Below, piece after piece: positions 52,587-60,668 of a DNA stretch of 60,668 bases (positions are counted from its first letter, which is position 1; every line of letters begins with the position of its first letter). The DNA is from Parcubacteria group bacterium GW2011_GWC1_45_14 (GTDB taxonomy: Bacteria; Patescibacteriota; Minisyncoccia; Moranbacterales; GWC2-37-73). The position numbers were made by a program, and so were the translations under genes. The notes below the pieces were generated by a model. It was not told where the DNA came from, did not search any database, and saw nothing but the letters and a program-made list of their open reading frames with translations. The stretch lies in the NCBI GenBank assembly GCA_001001345.1, contig LCKI01000002.1:1-60668 (forward strand). Reading direction: 5' to 3'.

Positions 52587-53858
52587 ATGTTGGAAAAAAT
52601 AACACAAATTTTCAAAGTCAAAGAACTTCGCAATAAGATACTTTTCATTATAGCCATTTTGGTGGTATTTCGCGTTGCGGCGAACATCCCGCTTCCTTGG
52701 GTAAACAGTGAGCAGCTCAAACAGCTTTTCGACGGAAACCAATTCCTGGGTCTTTTGAACATATTCTCAGGAGGGGGTCTTTCCAATATCTCGATCGTCC
52801 TTTTGGGAGTCGGTCCATATATCACGGCTTCGATTATCATGCAGCTCATGACCATGATCGTGCCCAGATTGGAGCAGATATACAAAGAGGAGGGTGAGGC
52901 TGGAAGGCAGAAATTCAACATGTGGACCAGGTGGCTGACCGTCCCGCTGGCTGTCTTGCAGACTTCGGCTATGATTACACTGCTTAAATCCCAAAACGTG
53001 TTCGGGGAGCTGAGCGCTTTCCAGACGGGGACCATAATCATCATCGCCACGGCCGGAACGATATTTTTGATGTGGCTCGGGGAACTCATCACGGAAAAAG
53101 GAATCGGAAACGGAGTTTCTTTCCTTATTTTCGCCGGTATCGTCGCCAGTCTTCCTAGCACGGTTTCGCAGGTTTTCTTTACTTTCGACTCGACCATGTT
53201 TTTCACTTATCTCATGCTCCTGGTGGTTTCTTTGGTAACTGTAGCTGGCGTCGTTTTGATAACGGAGGGACAGCGAAACATTCCTGTTTCATATGCGAAA
53301 AGGATCCGCGGAAGCAAAACGTACGGAGGTTCATCGACGCACCTCCCACTCCGCGTCAACCAAGCCGGAGTCATTCCGATCATCTTCGCGATTTCAATCA
53401 TGCTTTTCCCAGGAATGGTGGCGACTTTTCTTTCCAGGGTGGAAAATGAAACCGTTGCCAATATCGCTAACGGCGTGAACGATCTTTTCCAAAACCAGCT
53501 TTTTTACGGCATTACGTATTTCGTGTTAGTAGTACTTTTCACGTATTTCTATACGGCTGTGGTTTTTGATCCTAATAAGATCGCTGAGAACTTGCAAAAG
53601 CAGGGAGGATATGTCCCTGGAATCAGACCCGGAAAGACGACATCCGAATTTTTGTATAAGATCATGAACAGGATCACGCTTACAGGTTCGATGTTTTTGG
53701 GAACTATCGCGGTATTGCCGCTTATCGTCCAGGGCTTCACGGGAGTGAGCGCGCTCACTATCGGCGGAACAAGCATCTTGATCGTCGTTTCGGTGGTCAT
53801 TGAGACCATTAAACAGATAGAGGGGCAATTGGTGATGAGGGATTACGAGGGATTCTGA
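52587..53858 (+). CDS. secY: preprotein translocase subunit SecY
   Basis: MLEKITQIFKVKELRNKILFI..., GVGPYITASIIMQL, ten TM segments. The ORF track opens at 52509. Confidence 0.96.
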   Translation: MLEKITQIFKVKELRNKILFIIAILVVFRVAANIPLPWVNSEQLKQLFDGNQFLGLLNIFSGGGLSNISIVLLGVGPYITASIIMQLMTMIVPRLEQIYKEEGEAGRQKFNMWTRWLTVPLAVLQTSAMITLLKSQNVFGELSAFQTGTIIIIATAGTIFLMWLGELITEKGIGNGVSFLIFAGIVASLPSTVSQVFFTFDSTMFFTYLMLLVVSLVTVAGVVLITEGQRNIPVSYAKRIRGSKTYGGSSTHLPLRVNQAGVIPIIFAISIMLFPGMVATFLSRVENETVANIANGVNDLFQNQLFYGITYFVLVVLFTYFYTAVVFDPNKIAENLQKQGGYVPGIRPGKTTSEFLYKIMNRITLTGSMFLGTIAVLPLIVQGFTGVSALTIGGTSILIVVSVVIETIKQIEGQLVMRDYEGF

Positions 53859-53871
53859 TAGCGTTTCGCGG

Positions 53872-53988
53872 AATTTCAAATTTCAAATTTCAAATTTTAG
53901 ATAAATTTTTCACCTGGCCTAGCCGGAACCCCTTCCGGGTCATGCCGCTTGCCGTTCGTTTGGAGTTTGATATTTGTCATTTGGGATT
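53872..53988 (+). repeat. heptad hairpin with a GC-rich centre (secY-adk spacer)
   Basis: aatttca x3 (53872-53892) pairs with tgatatt/tgtcatt/tgggatt (53968-53988) at 6/7, 5/7 and 7/7, counting G-U. Centre: ccggaa-cccc-ttccgg. Confidence 0.55.
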
Positions 53989-54042
53989 TCCAAGATTTTT
54001 TATTTGACCTTCGAAAAAATAAAATAATAATTTGGAAAACAA

Positions 54043-54696
54043 ATGGAATTGAAGAATTTTTTGATATTCGGTCCGCAGGGAAGCGGAAAAGGAACACAGG
54101 CTGACATTCTGGCGGAAAAATTCAATCTAGTACATATCGAGACGGGACAGATTTTCCGCGATATGGCTTTAGCGGATAGTGAACTCGGAAGGAAGATATG
54201 GGATCTCAATGAGAAAAAGGAGATGGTGCCCGACGATATAACATTGGAAGTGCTGCGTTTTCATCTGGAGAAGGTTTCCGTGGAAAAAGGCGTCATAATC
54301 GACAGCGCCCCAAGAACTCCGGGACAGGTAGCGGGGGTGGAAAAAATGCTTAAAGAAATCGGAAGAGATATAGACAGTGCCATATATATAACGCTTCCTT
54401 ATGAAGAGTCCGTGGAGCGGATAACTAAGAGGTTCGCCTGCCAGTCCTGCAAGAAACATTTCGTGTTGGGAAAGAGCATCTTGTCCCAAGATGATCCTTG
54501 TCAGGAATGTGGAGGCAAAATCATTCAGAGAACGGACGACACGCCGGAAGGAATCAGGAAAAGATTGGACACTTTTTATGAAATAACCGTTCCCGTCATA
54601 GAATACTACAGGGAAAAGGGGATTCTTATCGAAGTGGACGGAAGGGGATCCGTGTCGCAAGTAAGCGATGAAATAACCAAAAGACTTAACGGATAA
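54043..54696 (+). CDS. adk: adenylate kinase (Zn-lid type)
   Basis: GPQGSGKGTQA, and the lid CQSC...CQECGG. Confidence 0.96.
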   Translation: MELKNFLIFGPQGSGKGTQADILAEKFNLVHIETGQIFRDMALADSELGRKIWDLNEKKEMVPDDITLEVLRFHLEKVSVEKGVIIDSAPRTPGQVAGVEKMLKEIGRDIDSAIYITLPYEESVERITKRFACQSCKKHFVLGKSILSQDDPCQECGGKIIQRTDDTPEGIRKRLDTFYEITVPVIEYYREKGILIEVDGRGSVSQVSDEITKRLNG

Positions 54697-54699
54697 ATA

Positions 54700-55467
54700 A
54701 TGGAAATAAAAGCTAAAACTGAAAGGGATATAGGGACCATGCGCGAAGCCGGCAGTAAACTTTTCGCCGTGATGGAAGAATTGGAAAAGAATGTGCAGCC
54801 GGGAGTCAACACATATGATTTGGACAAGCTCGCCGAAGAGCTTGTTTTGGCAAGCGGCGGGACCCCCGCTTTTAAGGGTTATGGCGAACGCTCCAATCCT
54901 TTTCCGGCGACCATCTGCGCCTCGGTCAATGACGAGATTGTGCATGGGATCCCAAGAAAAGAAACCATTCTCGCCAAAGGGGATATTTTGAAAATAGACA
55001 TCGGCATGAAATACCACGGTTTTTTCGTGGACATGGCCAGGACTTTCGCGGTGGGAAAAATCAGCCACCAGGCGCAAAATCTTATCGCAGCCACGGAACA
55101 ATGTTTTTGGGCTGGAGCGGAGGCCATGAAGCCGGGAGCGATGCTGAGCGACTATTCCAAGGCAGTGGAAGAGTATATCAGAAAGACTCCCTATGCTATC
55201 GTGAGAAATTTGGTGGGGCACGGGATCGGAAGAGATCTTCATGAAGAACCGCAAATCCCGAATTTCCATGACGGATCGATGCCGGATTTCGAATTGGAAG
55301 CGGGGATGACTTTCGCCTTGGAGCCGATGATCAACGAAGGGACGCACAGGACCAAGATCGGTCAGGACGGTTGGGTTTTCGAGACGGCTGATGGAAAACT
55401 TTCGGCGCATTATGAAAACACCATAGTCATCACGGAAGACGGGGTGGAAGTTCTGACGCAACTCTAA
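54700..55467 (+). CDS. map: type I methionine aminopeptidase
   Basis: VHGIP, DIGMKYHGFFVDMARTF, GHGIGRDLHEEP, ALEPM and the HYENT region. Confidence 0.96.
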   Translation: MEIKAKTERDIGTMREAGSKLFAVMEELEKNVQPGVNTYDLDKLAEELVLASGGTPAFKGYGERSNPFPATICASVNDEIVHGIPRKETILAKGDILKIDIGMKYHGFFVDMARTFAVGKISHQAQNLIAATEQCFWAGAEAMKPGAMLSDYSKAVEEYIRKTPYAIVRNLVGHGIGRDLHEEPQIPNFHDGSMPDFELEAGMTFALEPMINEGTHRTKIGQDGWVFETADGKLSAHYENTIVITEDGVEVLTQL

Positions 55468-55578
55468 CGAATTACGAATTTTTTACAAATTTACGAATTT
55501 ACGAATATACGAACGGATCCTTCTTGGATTTTTTTGTACATTTGTAAATTCGTAATTAGATTTGTACTTTTGTAGTGG
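55462..55578 (-). repeat. inverted, decayed orphan copy of the tacgaat element, overlapping the map stop codon
   Basis: ctctaacgaattacgaattttttacaaatttacgaatttacgaatatacgaa...tttgtacatttgtaaattcgtaattagatttgtacttttgtagtgg. Confidence 0.7.
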
Positions 55579-55589
55579 AAATAAAAAAA

Positions 55590-55625
55590 GACCCCGTCGA
55601 CTGCAAATGCAGAAGAATCGGGGTC
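55590..55625 (-). terminator. intrinsic terminator of the minus-strand membrane-protein gene
   Basis: gaccccg...cggggtc stem with T7 on the minus strand. Confidence 0.7.
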
Positions 55626-55686
55626 GTGGTTTGATTAAACTCCTAAGTCGGTCCTTGGCAATGGAATAAAATTTACGGCCAAGGGG

Positions 55687-55926
55687 CTAGACGTAGTGGT
55701 TTTCATGTTTGAGTTTTTTATAAAGTTTCAGCGCCCTTCCGGCCGAAAACCCTGCGATGATGCCGATGATAAGATATACATATTCCGGCACATCGTCCAG
55801 CATGGGAAGCGGCATCCATTCCGGGTAATATACGCGGAGGAAAAGGTTGATAATAATCAGTAATGAAAGGATGATGGTCATGACGACTACGAGGGTGTGC
55901 AGCATAAATTTTTGCTCCAGTTTCAT
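55687..55926 (-). CDS. small two-TM membrane protein, unknown function
   Basis: ggagga SD 5 nt before the ATG at 55926. MKLEQKFMLHTLVVVMTIILSLLIIINLF... The ORF track extends to 55986. Confidence 0.55.
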   Translation of the reverse strand: MKLEQKFMLHTLVVVMTIILSLLIIINLFLRVYYPEWMPLPMLDDVPEYVYLIIGIIAGFSAGRALKLYKKLKHENHYV

Positions 55927-56154
55927 TTTCTCCTCCACGATGAATGGGTTAGTTGATGTTATTCCGAGCGGGGCGAAGCTTTCCATATGTTAGAATATGA
56001 ACAGCGGCAGGCCTGCCTGTTGGCAGACAAGCTTCACTGCGCCCGGAATAACGATGCGGTTTTTAAGGTACTTCTATCCATTATATACTAAATTTATGAA
56101 AAAGTCAAGCACGTAAAATCGCTTCGCGATCACGTGCCAAGTCCCAATAAAAAT

Positions 56155-56592
56155 ATGGCTCAAATAAAGCAAAAAAATCAACAAGAAGAAAATACCCCCG
56201 GGACTTTTTTGGGGGTGGATTTTGGCAAAAGTAAAATCGGTTTGGCAATCGCGGATGAGGAGACAAAAATCGCCTTTTCTTTTGATACGCTCAAAAATGA
56301 CGGGGAATTTTGGAAAAACATCAAAGAAATCTGCAAATGCGAAGGCGTGAGAATGATCATAGTCGGCACGCCTTCCTATGATATCAACCGAGACGGGGCG
56401 GAGGCCGCCGGGAAATTCGCTGAAAAAATGGAAAAAGAAACCGGAATCGGAGTGGAACTGGAAGACGAGATGTTCACGACCAAAATGGCGCAAGCCGGAC
56501 TAAGGGAAAGGGGCTCTAAGAACGTATCGGCTATCGATGACAGCGCGGCTGCGCGGATCATCTTGCAGTCCTGGTTGGACCGATTGGGTTAA
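56155..56592 (+). CDS. ruvX: Holliday-junction resolvase-like RNase H-fold protein RuvX/YqgF
   Basis: FLGVDFGKSKIGLAIAD, EDEMFTTKMA, DDSAAARIILQSWL. Confidence 0.88.
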   Translation: MAQIKQKNQQEENTPGTFLGVDFGKSKIGLAIADEETKIAFSFDTLKNDGEFWKNIKEICKCEGVRMIIVGTPSYDINRDGAEAAGKFAEKMEKETGIGVELEDEMFTTKMAQAGLRERGSKNVSAIDDSAAARIILQSWLDRLG

Positions 56593-56683
56593 TCTGGTAA
56601 TAAGTCCATTGTGTGATATAATTGAATCAATCGAAACGGTGCAAATACCGGAAACGCTATTAATAATTTTTGAATCTAAAAAA

Positions 56684-57448
56684 ATGGAACAGCAGTCCCA
56701 CTTGTCGGTAATAATTCCGGCATATCGCGAAGCGGAACGTATCGGACACAACCTTTTGGAAATCGACAAATTTTTGGCAAGCAAGGATTATGATTACGAG
56801 ATAATCGTCATAACCGACGGCTCTCCGGACAACACCCCGGAAGTGGCCAGAAATTACGCCGGTCAGATCAAGAATCTGCGCGTCATTGAAAACAAGGAAA
56901 ATCATGGTAAGGGTTATGTTGTCAGGCAGGGACTCTTGGAGGCAAAGGGAAAATATAGGGTATTTTTGGATGCGGACGGTTCGACTTCGATAAGCCATTT
57001 GGACAAATTTATGCCGGAATTCGAAAAGGGTTTTGATGTGGTTATAGGGTCGCGCGATATCGAGGGATCTTTCATACAAGTTCATCAGCCCCGCCACAGG
57101 GAGATCATGGGAGATATGGGCAACTGGCTCATCCGTATCGTTTTGGGGCTCTGGAGTTATCCTGACACGCAGTGCGGCTTCAAGATGCTTTCAGGAAAAG
57201 CCGCCCAGGAGGTCGCCTCAAGGATGGTAGTGGACAGATTCGGATTCGATTTCGAGCTTATCGTGCTTTCTGAAAAACTTGGATTTAAAGTGAAGCAGAT
57301 GCCAGTCAGGTGGCTGAACGAGGAGGGATCTTCCGTGAGCCTGACCGGTCCGAATGGATTCATCCAGGTGATCATCGATCTTTTCAAGACGAAAGCAAGA
57401 ATCATTTCCGGAAAATACAATATCAAGAAAGTCGCTGAAGAAAAATAA
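56684..57448 (+). CDS. family 2 glycosyltransferase (dolichyl-phosphate beta-glucosyltransferase-like)
   Basis: LSVIIPAYREAERI, IIVITDGSPDNT, NHGKGYVVRQG, FLDADGS. Confidence 0.88.
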   Translation: MEQQSHLSVIIPAYREAERIGHNLLEIDKFLASKDYDYEIIVITDGSPDNTPEVARNYAGQIKNLRVIENKENHGKGYVVRQGLLEAKGKYRVFLDADGSTSISHLDKFMPEFEKGFDVVIGSRDIEGSFIQVHQPRHREIMGDMGNWLIRIVLGLWSYPDTQCGFKMLSGKAAQEVASRMVVDRFGFDFELIVLSEKLGFKVKQMPVRWLNEEGSSVSLTGPNGFIQVIIDLFKTKARIISGKYNIKKVAEEK

Positions 57449-57574
57449 GTCTTCCAATCGGAAGCGGTTTTAATAAAAATAAAAATAAATAAAAGCGATT
57501 TGTAAATTCGTAATCGATATCATGGAGTCATCCAGGATTAGTGGTTACCTATTACATATTCCTGATTACGTTTT

Positions 57575-58669
57575 GTGAATATCAACGTATCAAGCACGGG
57601 CGCCTTGGAGCAGAAAGAGGAAATTCTGGAAAGCGGGGAGCCTGAAAAGAAAGAAAAGAAAAAAGGCGAGCCCGTTTCGGAGCTCCGCCAGGACCTTGTG
57701 ACCGGGGATTGGGTCGTTATCGCCACAGGCAGAGCGAAAAGACCCGATGAGTTCGGACAGTATGAAAGGATTAAGAACGATACCGGTATCGAGAATTGCC
57801 TTTTCGAGGACCCGAAGGCGACCGGTCAGGAGGAGGACGTCTTGATTTACCATCGTGAGGATGGGGAATGGACACTCCGTGTTTTCCCTAACAAGTACCC
57901 GGCATTTTCGCGCGGCGCCTTGCCTAAGAATCTTGATGATGGACCGTATTTCGCGATGAACGGTTCGGGTTACCACGAAGTCATTGTAACGCGCGACCAC
58001 TACAAGCATATACAGGAAATGGAGGATGCGGAGGTGGCTGAAATTTTCGACGCTTTCCAGGACAGATATTTGGATTTGATGAACCGCAAAAGCGTCAACT
58101 ATATAGCGCTTTTCCATAACTACGGCAAAGAGGCGGGAGCTTCGATCGCGCATCCGCACTCCCAGCTTATGGCGATTCCTGTCATTTCGCCTTACATTAA
58201 GCAGGAATTGGACGGGGCGGAACTTTATCATAAGAAAAGCAGACATTGCGTTTTTTGTACGATTTCCGATCATGAATCGGAGCATAAAAAGAGAGTCGTA
58301 TTTGAGAATGAGGATTTCATCGCTTTTTGTCCGTTTTCCAGCCGGGTGGCATTTGAAATCTGGGTTATGCCGAAAAAACACAGCCCTTACTTCGAAAGGA
58401 TAAAAAATGCTGAAAAATTGAAATTGGCAGATGTTTTCAAGAAATCCCTGAACTCGGTTTGCAAGGCGCTTAACGATCCCCCATACAATTTCTATATCCA
58501 TACCTCTCCTTGCGACGGAAAGGATTACCCTCATTTCCATTGGCACATTGAGATTTTGCCGCACACCGCCACTTGGGCCGGATTCGAACTGGAAACCGGT
58601 ATCGAGATTTCCACGATCCAACCTGAGGTCGCCGCGGAGTATCTGAGGAGTGTTATCAATAACAGCTAA
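57575..58669 (+). CDS. galT: galactose-1-phosphate uridylyltransferase family protein (GTG start)
   Basis: RQDLVTGDWVVIATGRAKRP, the catalytic AHPHSQLMA (HxHxQ), and the second half-barrel HFHWHIEILP. Confidence 0.85.
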   Translation: MNINVSSTGALEQKEEILESGEPEKKEKKKGEPVSELRQDLVTGDWVVIATGRAKRPDEFGQYERIKNDTGIENCLFEDPKATGQEEDVLIYHREDGEWTLRVFPNKYPAFSRGALPKNLDDGPYFAMNGSGYHEVIVTRDHYKHIQEMEDAEVAEIFDAFQDRYLDLMNRKSVNYIALFHNYGKEAGASIAHPHSQLMAIPVISPYIKQELDGAELYHKKSRHCVFCTISDHESEHKKRVVFENEDFIAFCPFSSRVAFEIWVMPKKHSPYFERIKNAEKLKLADVFKKSLNSVCKALNDPPYNFYIHTSPCDGKDYPHFHWHIEILPHTATWAGFELETGIEISTIQPEVAAEYLRSVINNS

Positions 58670-58673
58670 AAAA

Positions 58674-59126
58674 ATGAAAACCACGGAAAAAAGAGGATTC
58701 TCCCTTATCGAGCTGATGACCGTCATCAGTATCTTGGGAATTTTGGCGAGCGTTATTTTGGTCAACGTGAACGGCTCAAGAATAAAAGCGAGGGATAACG
58801 CGGTGTACATGCAGATTGCTAGTACGCAGAGTTTGGCTTTCAAGTGTCTGACTAATGGAATGACTAATGTGGCCTTGAAAGTTCCTGCGGCCGGAGATGA
58901 AATTTGCAGCACCCTCGGTTATTCTAAATGGCCCGTGCTGACTGCTGATAGCGGTTGGGAATATACCAATTTCACCTGGTGCAATGTTTCAACAAAGGAT
59001 GATTGCGGTTTATATATCCAAGGAACTTGCGGAGGGAATAATTTGGACGGATCCTTTTGTTATAAATTCAATAAGGATGTGGAATATGTATTGTGCACTA
59101 ACAACGGTTGTGAAAAATCATGGTGA
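58674..59126 (+). CDS. type IV pilin-like protein (prepilin N-terminal methylation motif)
   Basis: MKTTEKRGFSLIELMTVISILGILASVIL, with the G/F cleavage site and Glu+5. The Cys-rich globular part is short. Confidence 0.85.
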   Translation: MKTTEKRGFSLIELMTVISILGILASVILVNVNGSRIKARDNAVYMQIASTQSLAFKCLTNGMTNVALKVPAAGDEICSTLGYSKWPVLTADSGWEYTNFTWCNVSTKDDCGLYIQGTCGGNNLDGSFCYKFNKDVEYVLCTNNGCEKSW

Positions 59127-59190
59127 TGGTTGCGTGAAAATGGATTATTGGGGTATAGTGAGGGGGCTTAAGAAATAAGGAAAACTCCGT

Positions 59191-59958
59191 ATGGAAAAGT
59201 ATATAATCGGAAATCTGAAAATGAACTTGCTGACCCAGGCCGAAAGGAACCACTATCTGGCTTCTTTCAGTTCTGAGCTTAAAAAGAGCAAATTTTCCAA
59301 TTCCCGCGTAGTGCTTTGCCCTCCGATGGTACATATGGAAAAGTTCGCCGGGGTATTCCGCGGATCCGAGGTGCAGGTCGGTGTTCAAAATGTCTATTTT
59401 GAGGAAAGGGGATCTTTCACCGGAGAGGTCTCACCCTTGATGGTGAAGAATTTCGGCGGGGAATATGCGATCGCCGGACACAGCGAAAGAAGGCGGTATT
59501 TCGGAGAGACGAACGAAGTCGCCAATGAGAAGATAAAAATCGCCCTCAAAAGCGGTCTTCGTCCGGTGTATTGCATCGGTGAGACCGAAGATGAAAGAAG
59601 AAAGGATCTGACATTCGAAGTCATCTCCAGGCAGATCGAAGAAGGTCTTTTGGGGATCGCCAATACGCAGGCTGACAGGCTGATAATCGCCTACGAACCG
59701 ATTTGGGCGGTCGGCACGGATGTCGTTCCGGAAAGCAACGAAGTGATGGAAGTGAGGATTTTGATCAGGAAAATACTTTCAGAATTATATAGTCCGGAAC
59801 TGGCCGAAAGAATCCCTATACTCTATGGTGGATCTGTGAAAGCCAAGAGTGCGGCGCAGGTCTGCGTGGACCCCGGGATGGACGGGGTTTTGGTCGGCAG
59901 AGAAAGCTTGATTCCTATGGAATTTTTAAAAATCGCGAATATAATAGATAAGAGCTAA
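59191..59958 (+). CDS. tpiA: triosephosphate isomerase
   Basis: GNLKMN, AGHSERR, AYEPIWAVGT, YGGSV. Confidence 0.95.
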   Translation: MEKYIIGNLKMNLLTQAERNHYLASFSSELKKSKFSNSRVVLCPPMVHMEKFAGVFRGSEVQVGVQNVYFEERGSFTGEVSPLMVKNFGGEYAIAGHSERRRYFGETNEVANEKIKIALKSGLRPVYCIGETEDERRKDLTFEVISRQIEEGLLGIANTQADRLIIAYEPIWAVGTDVVPESNEVMEVRILIRKILSELYSPELAERIPILYGGSVKAKSAAQVCVDPGMDGVLVGRESLIPMEFLKIANIIDKS

Positions 59959-59964
59959 AAAAAT

Positions 59965-60668
59965 ATGATCACGTCTGTAAAAGAAATTCTCAAGAAAGCC
60001 AAGGAGGGAGGTTATGCGGTCGGAGCTTTCAATACGGTCAATCTTGAAACGACCAGGGCGATCGTCGAGGCCGCGCAAGAACTCCGTTCCCCAGTAATCA
60101 TCCAGGTTACTGAGAAGACGATGGAATACGGAGGCGGAAGGGGAATCTTCCATCTCATCAAGAACGATGCGGAATTTTATGCTCCGGAGATTCCGATCGG
60201 AATCCATTTGGACCATGGCAAGAGCTTCGAGATCATTGAGAGGTGCGCTGAGATCGGTTATGGCTCGGTGATGTATGACGGATCCAGGAAAAAATATGAG
60301 GATAACTTGGCGATGACGAAAAAGGTCGTTGATTTCTGCCATTCCCGCGATATCGACGTGCAAGGGGAATTGGGGAGCGTGCCATATCTCGGGGAATCCG
60401 GAATGGAAGACGTGGATTGGGAGGAATACATGACCGATCCTGCCCAGGCCGAGGATTTCGTAAAAAAGACCGGCATAGACGCTTTAGCCGTAGCCATCGG
60501 GAACGCGCATGGTTTTTTCAAGGAAAGAAGCGTGCCGGATTATGCCAGATTGGAGATGATAAGCAAAGTGGTGGATGTTCCCTTGGTTCTCCATGGGGCT
60601 TCCGATTGGGAGCACGACAGGGTGAAGGAAGTGGTTTCACGTGGAATTTCCTGTTTCAATGTGGATAC
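59965..60668 (+). CDS. fba: class II fructose-bisphosphate aldolase (partial, runs off the window)
   Basis: This frame is not in the ORF track because it has no stop within the window. GYAVGAFN, IHLDHG, AIGNAHG, LVLHGAS. Confidence 0.9.
   Translation, partial: MITSVKEILKKAKEGGYAVGAFNTVNLETTRAIVEAAQELRSPVIIQVTEKTMEYGGGRGIFHLIKNDAEFYAPEIPIGIHLDHGKSFEIIERCAEIGYGSVMYDGSRKKYEDNLAMTKKVVDFCHSRDIDVQGELGSVPYLGESGMEDVDWEEYMTDPAQAEDFVKKTGIDALAVAIGNAHGFFKERSVPDYARLEMISKVVDVPLVLHGASDWEHDRVKEVVSRGISCFNVD

Noticed and set aside
57590-58912. Very long antisense ORFs in the track: 440 aa opposite galT. Also 430 aa at 54169-55461 opposite adk+map, 327 aa at 52223-53206 opposite secY, 415 aa at 4122-5369 opposite topA, 310 aa at 20840-21772 opposite nrdD and 291 aa at 15535-16410 opposite ftsZ.
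   Set aside because: Each lies wholly opposite genes with unmistakable conserved motifs, and one even spans two genes. Their translations are low-complexity with no recognisable motifs. Long open antisense frames are a normal by-product of codon bias.

Overview
This is a gene-dense 60.7-kb bacterial window. It uses the standard genetic code (TGA serves as a stop), and I found no rRNA, tRNA or CRISPR array. All protein calls come from reading motifs in the supplied translations; no database search was run.

Content, in order:
- Housekeeping genes on the minus strand: rel, topA, dprA, pth and an LCP-family gene.
- A long plus-strand run: lepB, hisS, a HIT-family gene, rpsU, ybeY, dgkA, ftsA-ftsZ.
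- An anaerobic ribonucleotide-reductase operon (nrdR-nrdD-nrdG).
- An apbE-centred cluster of exported proteins, a split comEC, and ndk.
- A roughly 6-kb patch of small or unknown genes (30.2-36.1 kb).
- rpsL-rpsG-fusA-tuf and the S10/spc ribosomal-protein cluster through secY-adk-map, then ruvX, a GT2 glycosyltransferase, galT, a pilin-like gene, tpiA and fba.

Several traits fit a small-genome Patescibacteria/CPR-like organism, though this is inference: there is no L30 gene between rpsE and rplO, some proteins carry Lys-rich tails, the only RNR is class III, and DNA-uptake genes are present.

Most interesting observations:
1. An 88-aa stand-alone copy of the NrdD Zn-ribbon plus glycyl-radical tail sits between nrdD and nrdG. 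It could be a GrcA-like spare-part radical domain for a class III RNR.
2. Long intergenic hairpins built from 7-nt tandem repeats recur across the window. One roughly 100-120-nt inverted-repeat family (tacgaat heptads) is docked right in front of the start codons of topA, rplP, rpsE and a DUF5654-like gene.
3. A repeat hairpin sits exactly at the junction where comEC is split into two ORFs.
4. A 33-nt nested palindrome occurs twice.
5. A promoter, leaderless mini-ORF and terminator unit precedes an island of small unknown genes with strong Shine-Dalgarno sites, an HD-domain gene and an AbrB-like gene that the ORF track missed.
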